The translations under genes and the position numbers were made by a program. A stretch of DNA of 64,000 bases from the human T2T-CHM13v2.0 reference genome, Homo sapiens: the NCBI RefSeq assembly GCF_009914755.1, contig NC_060925.1; one strand, 5' to 3'. Every line of letters starts with the position of its first letter. Position 1 is the first letter of the stretch. Below are positions 1-19,121 of the stretch, one piece after another. The notes under the pieces were generated by a model, which was not told the DNA's origin, ran no database searches, and worked only from the letters and a program-made list of their open reading frames with translations.

Positions 1-1030
1 GTTGGGAGACGAAAGCTGGATGGCACTCGGGGGCTGACCTGCAAGGTGCTGGACTTTGGGATATAGCAGAGAGAGAGTGTGGCACAACTTATTACTCCAA
101 GCTGTAGAATCCTGGAAAAGAGCCACCATGAAGCCCACGCCCAGTCGACTGGAGGACCTAGTGGAAAGGGGACAATCTGGGCCTCTGGCCTGCCGTGCGC
201 ACAAGCATAACAATTGCTTTTCTTTAACATATGGATGGAATATTTGATCCATTCCAACCAGGCATTTGCATCTTGGTATCCTGTCTTAATTGCCGAAGTT
301 TAAGTCTTTAACTTCTACAATAGCTATCTTGGTCTTGTCATTAGATGGAGGAGGAGCAATTGTTCCGTTTGTGAGAGGTTTTGGAAGAAGGCTTAGAGGA
401 AGGTGCAGGTGACGGGGGATCAAAGAAATGCATTTCAAAGAATCCAATAGGGTCTGTCCCTGAAACCTTAGCCCCCATATACCATAAAACCGGCTTAAAG
501 AAGAGTACTGGCTTATAAAAGGGGAAGAACTTTGAGGGTTTGAGATAATAACCTGTATAGGATTGCACTGGTTTAGCTGACATTTGGGGGTGGGGGGTGG
601 GTGCTATCCCTCTAGTAGAATGAAGGTATGGTTTTAGGAAATTACAAAAACCAGTTGGAGCAGTCCATCCTTGCTCTTTAGTGGTCCACAGAATGTTTGA
701 CCAATTACGGCATAAAAGCTCTACATCGAGGAGCAAGACTCATGATTGAAAACTGGGGTCTTTATTGAAATCTCCCCAGATTAAATGGTCCCAATTCACT
801 AATGCCCAGTCTGAGCAGAGTCAGGAGGGACAGAGGTACTTTTCTGAAGTAGAGAGCTGTCTTTGACTTGGCAAGTCCCCAAAGGGTATGACAAGGCAAG
901 CATTAAATGCAATAGTTTGAGGTGAAATTGACTTGGTTATGTTAATAACTAGATGGTCAGCAATAGAGCGAGGAAAGAAGAAAGAGTAATAGAATAGATG
1001 AAAAGAGTTAAATTTTTATTAGCTTTAGTT
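1..1030 (-). pseudogene. Degraded ERV env (SU) remnant
   Basis: - strand translates to HLVINITKSISPQTIAFNACLVIPFGDLPSQRQLSTSEKYLCP (~830-960) and WSNILWTTKEQGWTAPTGFCNFLKPY...MGAKVSGTDPIGFFEMHFFDP (ORF 341-736). Frameshifted; lies just after the integrase end. Confidence 0.75.
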
Positions 1031-1057
1031 TGGTAGGGTTTTCCCTTGGGACTATGG

Positions 1058-1241
1058 CCCATGACTCTGGAGGGGGCGGCGCTTTCTTGACTTGGGTGTG
1101 ATGAGTCCATCCCCTTTTCACTGAAGGAACAGCAGTCTGGGTGGTTAGCAGCATAAGGTAGAGTCCTTCCCAGGCTGGCTTGAGTTTTCCTTCTTTTCAC
1201 CCTTTGATGAGAACATGATTCTCAGGCTGGTGCTGGTTTAC
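1058..1241 (-). pseudogene. ERV integrase C-terminal remnant
   Basis: - strand reads VNQHQPENHVLIKG*KEGKLKPAWEGLYLMLLTTQTAVPSVKRGWTHHTQVKKAPP, matching the gammaretroviral 'L.P.W.GPY.VLLTT.TA...W.H...VK.A' motif, with an internal stop. Confidence 0.8.
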
Positions 1242-2805
1242 CAGAAATTTTAGGGGCGGTACCTGTGCTAAAAGACTTTTAGTTTTGAGGGAAAGGAAAA
1301 TGGAAGATAAACCAAGTATATAATTTCTAAGAAACTGATCTTTTGTTTTAAATGTGGGGACATCAGCAGTGGACTTTATCGTCCTTGGTGCCTTCTTACT
1401 GAGAAATTTCTTTTAGCACCTATTTTTATTAGTTTTTAGACCAAAGAAAGCCAAACACCACTTTATATTTGACAGTGCTTCCTGTATGATTTTTATACTA
1501 GATAAGCTAAATTTCACCTTTATATTAGTGTGTTATTTATGTTAAACTCAATGTTAATAAAACCTTATAGACATATTTATTCAATTTTAACGTCTGACCA
1601 TAAGGTAAGATTTTTATAGGCTCTTTTAAATCTTTTATAATTTTTGTTAAAGAACAGGTTAGTGCTTTAAGAAAAACCTGTTGTGCTTTTATTTTAATGT
1701 CCAGTTCACAGAAAAACTGGATGACACTCCCTTAACTTTAGCCAATATATTTACACACAGAATTTCCTTTACAATTAACATTTTAAAACTTGCTTAAACC
1801 TGTAAAACAATTTTTTTAACCTTTTAAAGTAGGTAAAAATTCACATTTTTATGCCTCCTTATAATCCTTTTACCAAAAGTATATTTTAGTTTACTTGTAC
1901 AACTTGCACATAAACTGTTTCTTCGATAGTTTTACATTCAGGAGGCCTAATTACTTCTAAATTATACAACATTTCTTGCATAAATTCCCTTTTATAACTT
2001 TTTTCTTTTACGACTTCACAATCTTCGACATGCCTCAACCTTCTGACTTGTTGCAAACATTCCTTTTTTTTAAACAACCAATTAATTTACTTTAGGATAA
2101 GAATTTACCATATAACATTCTTTTTATATAAATTCTTCCCCTCCTTTTTTTTTTTTTTTTTTAATTTTCTCCAAAGCAAACTTCCTTCATGTCTGTGGAC
2201 TAGACTGCCTAAGGCCACAATATTAGAAGTTAGGATAATAAATGTTACACTGTTAACTTTTAGCAAATTTTACTTTTGTTGAAAACCTTGTAAGTTTGGG
2301 ATTTCAATTATCCTTTGCTATTAATAAGAACTTATTTAGTCTAAATTAACTTAGAATTGGTATAGACGGTTCCTTCCTTGGTTCTGTAAGTGCTTTAAGG
2401 CTTGGCTGAGTGCAAACAGCTCCCAGGTTTGAGCAGACCAACTATTAGGCAATTTTCCCAACTCTGCTTCTACAAGAGTTTCCCTATCAATTACTGAATA
2501 CCCATTGTGGTTTTTTTCCCTCAATCACCTGGGAGGAACCATCTATCATCCTGTCCTGACGGGAGTTCCTCCTAGGTCTGGTAGGGCCTTTGTATGGTAA
2601 TTAATTAAGATTTAGATACCCGGTTAGGAAACCTGCTGGGTTAAGGGAATTATCAGTGGTTAATGTTAAATCATCTTTTTCTAACAGAATAGCCCCATAC
2701 TTTAAGATTTTTGAGTTAGTAAGCTACCTTTTTGCTATTTTTTTTTTTTTTGACTTAGGTTAGTTCTGAACTGGTGAGGTGTGCTCACAATGAGATTTCC
2801 TCTAA

Positions 2806-3345
<540 letters not shown>

Positions 3346-4113
3346 AAGGATTTTTGATAGGAAGGCTAAAGGTTGTCAGTGGCCTTAGTGCTTTCCCGCT
3401 ACACCTTTGTTATCACTGAAAACAAGGTTATATTGGAGTGTTATAGGGTCATGGAGAAGACCTTTGATTATCAATTATAGGTTTTAAACTTAGCCTGGCT
3501 TTTAAAGGAATAGGGTACACTGTTTTCTCTTTACTACTTTTATCTCTTTTTTTCTCTCTTTCTCTCTCTTTGACTCCCTCTTTGTCTCTTTATCTCTCCC
3601 TCTCTCTGCCCCTCTCTTTTTCTCTCTTTCCTCTCTGCTGGTCTTTCCCTGCCTCTGCCAGCCACTTATGCTGCTGTTCTCCCCCCTCCTTCCCCTTCCC
3701 CTAGGGGAGGCACCAGTGGGAGTGGAGCTACTTTTTCTTCCCCCGAGAAGAAAGAAAAGGGGGGGGTTGTGTGAGGTTCAACCCCACCCCCCCGCCATAG
3801 GCATTTCTCACCTCTTTTTTGAGGTTCAACCCCCCCATGGGGATTTCTCACCTCTTTCTGGGGTTCAATCCCCACTCATGGGGATTTCTAACCTCTTTTT
3901 AACCTCCGAGACATCCGACTAAGGAATACTTCACCGCCCCCCACGGCTTTCTTTCCCTAGTCCTGACTAAGGAATGCTTTACCGCCCCTGCACTTTCTCT
4001 CTCCTTGGTATGTCCTAACCAAGGAATGCTTTACCGCCCCGCGGCTTTTTCCTTAGTCCCGACCACCAAGGAAATACTTTACTGGCTCCTGCGGCTTCTC
4101 CTTCCTTGGTCTG

Positions 4114-5111
4114 TGTGGGCGACAAGTCACCCAGGTGCCAAGGCAAGAGACCGAAGGCACGAACTGTTTCAGTATAATAAAATAAATAATTAGAATAAGA
4201 ATAGTTATATTAGAAATAGAATATAGACATGATTATATATGAATATTATTAATCATTAGTTTGTAGCATTACTCTTTTATTAATAACTTCTGTTCTACAA
4301 TTATAATTTAGGAAAACCAGGCCATACAGAGTTAGGAGCTGAAGGGACACCGTGAGAAGTGACCGGAAGGCAGGAGTGTGAGCCCTCTGTCATGCCTGGA
4401 CAGGGCCACTAGAGGGCTCCTTGGTCTAGTGGTAACGCCAGTGCCTGAGAAGGCACCCGTTACTTAGCAGACCTTGGTCTAGCGGTAGCACCAAAGCCTG
4501 GGAAGGCACCCGTTACTTAGCAGACTGGGAAAGGGAGTCTCCCTTTCTCTGGGGGAGTTAGAGAACACTCTTCTCCACCACTTCTTGTGGAAAGCCTGAC
4601 ATCAGTTAAGCCCGCCTGCAGCCATCTGGAGGCCTAAACGTCTCCCTGTGATGCTGTGCTTCAGCGGTCACTCTCCTGGTCCACTTTCATGTTCCACTCT
4701 GTACACCTGACTCGCCTTCTAGATAGCAGTAGCAGAATTAGTGAAAGTATTAAAGTCTTTGATCTTTCTGAGAAATGCATAGAAGAAATGATGACGTAAG
4801 CTGTCCCCTCTCTCTCTCCGCCTCAGCTACCAAATAGGGAAGGGCCCCCTGTCCAGTGGACATGTGACTTGCATGACCTTACCTATCTTTGGAGATGACT
4901 CACACTCCTAACCCTGCCCCCTTGCCTTGTATACAATAAATAGCAGTGCGGCCAGGCATTCAAGGCCACTACCAGTCTCTGCGTCTTGGTGGTAGTGGCC
5001 CCCAGGCCCAGCTGTCTTTCTCTCTCTTTTGTCTTGTGTCTTTATTTCTATGATCTCTTGTCTCTGCACACGAAGAGAAAACCCAAAGGCCCTCCCAGGC
5101 TGGACCCTACA
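4114..5111 (+). mobile_element. LTR13 (HERV-K13/HML-4) solo LTR
   Basis: Starts TGTGGGCGACAAGTCACCCAGGTGCC, ends GGACCCTACA, ~1 kb long. Has an internal duplicated 'cttggtctag...aaggcacccgttacttagcagac' unit and AATAAA at ~4935. Confidence 0.88.
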
Positions 5112-5303
5112 GAGTCATCGCTGCAGTATGTGAGGCTCCTTTACGCTAGGTTGCTGGCCATTTTGTTTTTCCATGTTGCTGAGAGCTCGGCTTATTCCTT
5201 GCACTGGGTGGGTCTTGATTTCTCACCCCTGAGGCCACCACTAGGGGGCGGGGCATGCCTCCTCAGGAGAGAGAACCAGAGACCATCCCTGGAGGGGAAT
5301 GTA

Positions 5304-5321
5304 ATCCCGGATGAGCCCCCA
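5304..5321 (-). other. Retroviral primer-binding site (tRNA-Pro)
   Basis: Reverse complement TGGGGGCTCATCCGGGAT matches the tRNA-Pro PBS TGGGGGCTCGTCCGGGAT at 17/18 positions, 3 nt inside the LTR. Confidence 0.9.
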
Positions 5322-5324
5322 AAT

Positions 5325-5827
5325 TCTTGTAAATAAAGTTTTGGTGCCGCAAAAGATACAGCACTCAAATATAAAATTTTCTTTTTAATTCTCAGCAAGG
5401 CAAGGTACTTCTATAGAAGGGTGCACCCTTACAGATGGAGCAATGGTGAGTGCACACTTGGACAAGGGAGGGGAAAGGGTTTTTATCCCTGAAGCATGTG
5501 GCCCCTGCTGCTGTGTCGTTCCCCTATTGGCTAGGGTTAGACAGCACAGGCTAAACTAATTCCGACTGGCTAATTTAAAGAGAATTACTGGGTGAGTGGT
5601 TTGGCAGGAAAAATGGTTATGCAGGGTGGCAAATGAGTCAGGGCGGAGCAGGTAGCAGGTAATCGGAATGAGTCAGGGTAGAGCAGGTAATTGGAATGAG
5701 TCAGGGTGGAGCAGGTAATCGAAAAACTTTCCTTTATGAGGAAGTTAAGTTTAAAAGTAGAAGGCAAAGAATTGAACATACGGACATATTGATTCTTCGA
5801 AAATAAATTTAGAACTCATATCTAACA
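5325..5827 (-). mobile_element. LTR10 (LTR10F/A-like) 5' LTR of the provirus
   Basis: - strand begins TGTTAGATATGAGTTCTAAATTT. Contains a ~28-bp repeat 'gaatgagtcagggtggagcaggtaat' x3 and abuts the PBS. Confidence 0.88.
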
Positions 5828-7960
<2,133 letters not shown>

Positions 7961-7969
7961 ATTGGATAG

Positions 7970-11600
<3,631 letters not shown>

Positions 11601-11944
11601 GAATGATAGGTTTTTAAAAAGTTGTAGTCATCCTTTCTTCTCTCTCATTGTATATTGGGAGTGTTGAATGATAGATAATGTCTTTATACATGTGAATTTG
11701 ATGGAGAAGACCACATGTCATAACGAGACTTTAAGTATGATGCAGTAACTTTGGATGGGACTTTAGATTACCTCTCAGGGAGAAGATCAATGTGTTTTAT
11801 ATTTTGCAAGAAGAATGAGTGTGGATGTTGAGTAGTCAAAAAGTGGACTGTGGCAGAGACTGAGTAATTACCATCCTATACAAATTCTTCCAGAGAAGAG
11901 AAAAAGTGAGAACTCTCCAGTGCATTGCATGAAGTTGGCATAAC

Positions 11945-12353
11945 TGACGTAGGAGGCAGGACTGGACTCCAGAGCTGGGGCTCAGACTCTGGACCAAATT
12001 GAGGACTAGCTAAAACAGGTCTGGGGTGGAAACAGCTTTCCATAAAACATGCCTACCAGTATGCCATGTCAGTTTACCGTTGCCATGGCAACACCCAGAC
12101 TTTACCACCCCTTTCCATGGCAATGACTCTGATAACCAGGAAGTTGCCACCTTTTTCCTAGAAATTTCTGCACAAACTGCCCCTTATTATATTATATGCA
12201 AAGATCATATTTACATATAATTAAAAGTAAAAATATGAGTGCAGACCTGCCTCTGAGCTGCTATTCTGGGCACACTGCCTACGGGGTAGCCCTGCTCTGC
12301 AAGGAGTGGTACCTCTGCTGCCGCTGTGCACTGCTGCTTCAATAAAAGTTGCT
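11945..12353 (+). mobile_element. Partial LTR (LTR47-like; subfamily uncertain) carrying an RFX X-box
   Basis: TG start 'tgacgtaggaggcaggactggactcc...ggaccaaattgaggactagctaaaacagg', AATAAA at ~12340. Homologous to the inverted copy at 42210-42709. Confidence 0.65.
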
Positions 12354-12429
12354 CCAAGACTTTTTAAAAGCACCTTTTGGTTTCATGGTTATGATACAGG
12401 ACAGGGCTCACCTGTGCTGCATCATAACC

Positions 12430-12534
12430 ATGAAACCAAACCTGGTAAGAATATGACAAGAATAAAAATGAAGGGTCAATCTCAATCATGGATATCAATA
12501 CAAAAATCCTAAACAAAATATTATCAAATTGCAT
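12430..12534 (+). mobile_element. Old L1 ORF2 fragment
   Basis: 'aaaccaaacctggtaaga...atggatatcaatacaaaaatcctaaacaaaatattatcaaatt' corresponds to the L1 ORF2 PKP.K...MNIDAKILNKILAN region. Confidence 0.65.
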
Positions 12535-12733
12535 CTTCTATGAGAAAACACCAAATGGCGGATGACCCTGGTGCAGCGGGTGGGCCCAGAAGCCACAGGG
12601 TCCCTGGAATGGGAAACAGCAGCAACTTTCGGGAGAGGCTTCGCTAGTGACATTGAGGCCAGGGTGGCCAGGGTGGGGCCCAGCTGTGGAGTATGCTGAA
12701 GCAAGGCCAAGGCCAAGGAGTGGATGCCATTAC
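12535..12733 (+). pseudogene. RPS2 (uS5) processed pseudogene fragment, 5' portion only
   Basis: 'aaaacaccaaATGGCGGATGAC' matches the RPS2 5'UTR/start (ATG 12555). Translates MADDPGAAGGPRSHRVPGMGN versus RPS2 [21 protein letters not shown], and ends ...KAKAKEWMP versus KAEDKEWMP. Frameshifted and CpG-decayed. Confidence 0.85.
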
Positions 12734-13446
12734 TTATAGAAAGGGAAACATTTTGGTTATGGAACATCTCCATCTTATATCCAGTTAATTACACAGTTTA
12801 TTATATGACTATCCTCCATTTTCTTGCTAGCCAAGTTCCTCATAAATCTGTAAATTCCAGGATTATGTATAGTAAGCAACCTAGGCAGGCCAGGTATATC
12901 CGGTTAAGAATGTTTCATAAATAAGGATTTTCTGTTATTTTTCGGCCAGTAAATTCTATTCATGTGTTTACCAATGGTATGAGTTAGTAGCATGTTTCTA
13001 AGATTTGACCAGGATCATTTCTTTTTCCCCAGACCCCAGGAAAGAGAGGGAATGGGTTGCAGCCCTGCTGTTAAGTCTTTCTGTCCCATAATGGAACTTT
13101 CTTTATCTCATAAAGGATATTTACAATAAATGTACTTTGTATATGAAAAGTTTTCTGTAACAAAAAGTACTATCAAACAACAACCAAATTGAGGCAATCA
13201 CACCAGAGGACCATTCCTGTGCCTGCCATCCTGTCCAAATGTCCATCTATAACATTTTCTATAAAGTCAGGGCTTCAATTGGGAGTAAAATACAGATTGA
13301 GAGGGTGTTTGGAATTGACTCAAGAGGCAGTGGCCACTGTACCTAATCCAGGGGAAAATGCATACACCTAAGAATAAATGTGAGTGCCCTACATTGGCAG
13401 GGACAACCCAGAGTTGCCCTTGGGTTAAATGGAATTTTTTCTTTGA

Positions 13447-14051
<605 letters not shown>

Positions 14052-14493
14052 AAAAGCAAACAAACAAACAAACACTGACTTCCATTGAGGTGCAACATAT
14101 TTTGTGGTGACCACTTCATGATTCCTCCCAGGAGAGGAGAGATGGTGGCCCAGAACCTGGAGATGCAGAGGGGATGGTTTTGCCTTTGGTATCGGTTATA
14201 GGCAAGGACATTATAGCACCTTGTTGGATGAAGGCAGGTGGAGCCCACATCTGTTGCAACACAAGTTATCCACACTCTACCATATTGCTCCTGACAAACC
14301 AGATGCCTCCTGACCACGTGGGCAGCTTCTATTCTTGCATCTTTTTGGGAAGTGCCCAGCTGCTCCTGACTCTATTATTCAAGTATCACACACATCCACT
14401 CTCAGTGGAAACTTAGGGAACCCCTGAGAAGAGGTGAATTGTGTGTAGTTCCTCAAGTGGCTCTCTATTGTTCTGAGTACTTCTCACTAGGAG

Positions 14494-15393
14494 TAAATTG
14501 TGAAGATTTCATGGACATTTATCACTTCCCTAATAGTACTCTTATAATTTCTTATGCCTGTCTTTACTTTAATCTCTTAATCCCGTTATCTTCATAAGCT
14601 GAGAATGTACGTCACCTCAGGACCACTATTGTACAATTTGATTGTAAAACGTGTGTTTGAACAATATGAAATCAGTGCACCATGAAAAAGAACAGAATAA
14701 CAGCAGTTTTCAGGGAACAAGGGAAGATAACCATAAGGTCTGACTGCCTGTGGGGTTGGGCAGAATAGAGCCATATTTTTCTTCTTGCAGAGAGCCTATA
14801 AATGGACATGCAAATAGGAGAGGTATCGCTGAATTCTTTTCCCAGCAAGGAATACCCTGGGGAAGGAATGCATTCCTGGGGGGAGGTCTATAAATGGCCG
14901 CTCTGGGAGTGTCTGTCTTATGTGGTTGAGGTAAGGACTGAAATACGCCCTAATCTCCTGAGTACCCTGAGGCTTACTAGGACTAGGAAATTCCAGCATG
15001 GTAAATTTTGCTCAGACTCGTTCTCTGCTCTCGAACCCTGTTTTCTGTTAAGATGTTTATCAAGACAATACATGCTACAGTGGGACATAGACCCTCATTA
15101 GTAATTCTAATTTTGTCTTTGCCTTGTGATCTTTATTGCCCTTTGAAGCATGGGATCTTTGTGACCTACTCCGTGTTCATACGCCCCCCTCCCTTTTTAA
15201 ATCCCTAATAAAAACTTGCTGGTTTTGTGGCTCAGGGAACATCACAGACCTACTGATAGGTGATGTTACCCCTGGAGGCCCAGCTGTAAAATTCCTCTCT
15301 TTGTACTCTTTCTCTTTATTTCTCAGATGAGCCGACACTTAGGGAAAATAGAAAGAACCTACGTTGAAATATTGGGGGCGGGTTCCCGCAATA
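14494..15393 (+). mobile_element. MER11 (HERV-K11/HML-8) solo LTR, 5'-truncated
   Basis: Runs from 'taaattgtgaagatttcatggacatttatcacttcc' to 'aatattgggggcgggttcccgcaata'. TATAAA at ~14797 and ~14889, AATAAA at ~15207. Confidence 0.88.
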
Positions 15394-15405
15394 CTCATTT
15401 CTCTC

Positions 15406-15760
15406 TGTATTAGTCTGTTCTCACGCTGCTAATAAAGACATACCCAAGACTGGGTAATTTTAAAGAAGAGGTTTAGTGAACTTACAGTTCCACATGACTG
15501 GGGAGGCCTCATAATCGTGGTGGAAGGTGAAGGAGGAGCAAAGGCATGTCTTACATGGTGGGAGGCAAGAGGGTCTGTGCAGGGGAACTGCCCTTTATAA
15601 AACCATCAGATCTCCTGAGACTTATTCACTATCATGAGAACAGCACCCTGCTCCCATGATTCAATTACCTCCCACTGGGTTCCTCTCACAACACATGGGG
15701 GTTATGGGAGCTACAATTCAACATGAAATTTGGGTGAGGACACACAGCCAAATCATATCA
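15406..15760 (-). mobile_element. THE1 (MaLR) solo LTR
   Basis: tgtattagtctgttctcacgctgctaataaagacatacc...atcatatca, with a 5-bp TSD ctctc on both sides. Confidence 0.9.
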
Positions 15761-15855
15761 CTCTCCTGCTATGTTTTCATACAAAGCATTGCCATGAATG
15801 GGCCCATGCTCCCCATCCTACTCAAGCACAGCTCTTGGCTCTGTGCATATATTAG

Positions 15856-16254
<399 letters not shown>

Positions 16255-16910
16255 TAGTAGAGATGGGGTTTCACCCTGTTGGCCAGGGTGGCCTCGAACT
16301 CCCGACCTCAAGTGAACTGCCTGCCTCAGCCTCTCAAAGTACTAGGATTACAGGTGTGAGCCATTGCACCCAGCCTGATTTTTGCTTTCTTATAGTGCAA
16401 AAGTCACCCTGTGGGTATTCACAATTTGTCCCTAACCACTAGAGGTTTTCATGAACGTATCCTTTGTAGCATTCCAGAAGGTCAACTTCTTGACAGAAGC
16501 TGTCTCCCAACATCAGTCAGTACTCAAAAATGTGTCAGTTACCAGAGAAGGGGTTATACCCTGATACTTCAATCAATTACTCTGGCATTGTAGAAACTAA
16601 TAAACAGCTCCAAATATTCTATGATATCTTAAATCAAAACAATTAAGGAAGAGGCAAGGGAAACAAATAGTGCCTGCTGCGATGCTTTCTCATTTCCCTT
16701 TGGGAAGATAGGGTTGCTTGTTTTCCAGGAAGTCATCCCTTAGGAATTTTTTTTTTTTTTTTGACAGAGTCTTGCTTTGTCACCCAGGCTGGAGTGCAGT
16801 GGTGCCATCTCAGCTCACTGTAACCTCCACCTCCCAGGCTCAAGTTGATTCTCATGCTTCAGCCTCCCAAGTAGCTGGGATTACAGTCGTATGCTACCAC
16901 ACCCAGCTAA

Positions 16911-17111
<201 letters not shown>

Positions 17112-19009
17112 TAGAGAGGCGTTTCATGTTGGCCAGGCTGGTCTCAAACTCCTGACCTCAGGTGATCCACCTTCCTTGGTCTCCCAAAGTGCTGGGATTG
17201 CAAGCGTGAGCCACTGCGCCTAGCCTAATTTTTGTATTTTTAGTGGGGGGTGGTTTTGCGATGTTGGTCAGGCTAGTCTCGAACTACTGACCTCAGGTGA
17301 TCCACCTGCCTCGTTCTCCTAGTGCTGGGATTATAGGCGTAAGCCACTGCACCCAGCCAGCAATTTTTAATTCTCTATTTTTTGCTCTGGAGGTCCTAAG
17401 TTTTAGATTCAGTGACACATTGCTGTGCCATTCATGCTGCTGGGTACTGTCGATTAGCAGTCAGCATCCATTCCCATCTCCTTCTAGTGTCCCTTCCTAT
17501 GCTGCAGAATCTGGAGAGTTAAAATGTCATGGCCAGGATTTGGAAATGAAGTGGAGGCCACCCGCCTGCTGCTTGCTGCTGAAGTGTGGCAGCAAAGGTA
17601 TGAGGTGTGTCTGCAGCAGGGTTGCAGGGTCCAGTCACTAGCCATGTAGGGGTCGAGAGCCTGTTTCAGGGGCAGCAATAGTGATGGTGACTTCCAATCC
17701 CTTAATCACAGCCACAACAGTGTGTTGTTGAGCTTAACAGGTACAGTGGTGATGTCCTGATTTCTTACCTTCCTGATTGCAGCAAAAATGGGTAGCTACC
17801 CTGTTGGGACAGTTTGGAGTCATCCCTGCAGAGTCATTCTCTAGCCTCCCTGATAATTTGTATTACTTAATTCCTTATATGAATTCTTTTCTGTTTAAAC
17901 TAGCCAGGTTGCTTTTTGCTTAAACTAGCCAGGTTGGTTTTAACTGAACCTTGAAAAATATACTGAAGTTCAGAGCATCTAACACTAAAGGTTGTGCTGG
18001 TCTTGGTGGCGAGAGTAAGTCCCACAGCAGACCACAACAGATCTAGAGATCATAAGGCCTCTAACATTTCCTATGCCTAGTTGTCAGGGGCATGTCCTAT
18101 GCAGGCCACCCCAAAAAGCCCTTTTACGTTAGCAGTCTGGAATGTTACTAGGTCATCCAGTACAGGTTGCGTGTGCCATAGTCATAAAATTTGGGACCTG
18201 AAACTTGGAGCCTGGATGCAGGAGATGTGGAATGAATACTAGGGTGAGTTCCAGGTACAGTCATAATTAAGGTGAAGGCATCAGTGACATGACTTCCCAG
18301 GTAAGAAGATACAAAAGGCTGAGCCCAGAGAAGCTTGGTGCTCCTCACTTCTGATGCTTTCTCTGCTGCTATGATGATCAAAAGTCCTCAGCACCTGAGC
18401 TGGCCTTTGGGAACCAGGTGGCAAGGACAGCCACACTAACAGGAAAGATGTAACTGCTGCTGTCCCTCTCTGGGTATCCAGCTTTACAAGAAATAGGTAA
18501 ACTACTTTTCTTTGATAGATAGTATAGTGGTGTTTGGCTGACATTTTACCTTCTAAAATTATTAAGTTATCTTTAGAGTGAACTGCAATTACATTTTTGA
18601 CAAGCTCTAAAATATATCCTAAACAAACCCCTCCATCTCTACCACCTCTACCCTATCCCCAGTTATCAGCATCTATCAGCAGGGGAGAGATCATATCTTA
18701 TCTCTTCCCTGCTTAAGATCCTTCGAAGGTGTCCCTTCACATTCATAAGAAAAAATCCAAACTCCTTAAGGTGGCCTACAAATTCCTACATAATCTGGCC
18801 TTTGCTTCTCTATCCATTCATATTTCCTGTCGCTTGGACTGGCTACATAATTTGTGGGGCCCAATGCAAAATGAAAATGCAGAGCTCCTTGTTCAAAAAC
18901 TACTAAGAATTTTAAGAGGGCAATGGCAGAGCATTAAACCAGGCATCAGCCCTTTCCTTTTTTTTAATTTTTAAAATATTTATTTAGATTTTCTTTTTGT
19001 TAGTAATTA

Positions 19010-19121
19010 AATCTTTCTTCTTCTTCTTCTTCTCCTCCTCCTCCTTCTCCTTCCTCTCCTTCCTCTTCCTCTTCTTCTTCTTCCCTCTTCCCTCTCTCCT
19101 CCTCCTCGTCCTCCTCCTCCT
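19010..19121. repeat. Pure polypyrimidine (CTT/CCT)n tract at an Alu tail
   Basis: ~110 bp almost entirely C/T. A similar tract lies at 6716-6817. Confidence 0.9.

Noticed and set aside
1-1241. Intact or co-opted ERV env/pol gene
   Set aside because: Frameshifts and stops are present, and no gag or RT is recognisable.
12940-13425. Possible degraded ERV internal/env fragment on the - strand
   Set aside because: Only a vague resemblance; cannot be supported without an alignment.
17895-17936. 17-bp direct repeat ttaaactagccaggttg
   Set aside because: A small local duplication at the end of an old LTR-like element; no sign of function.
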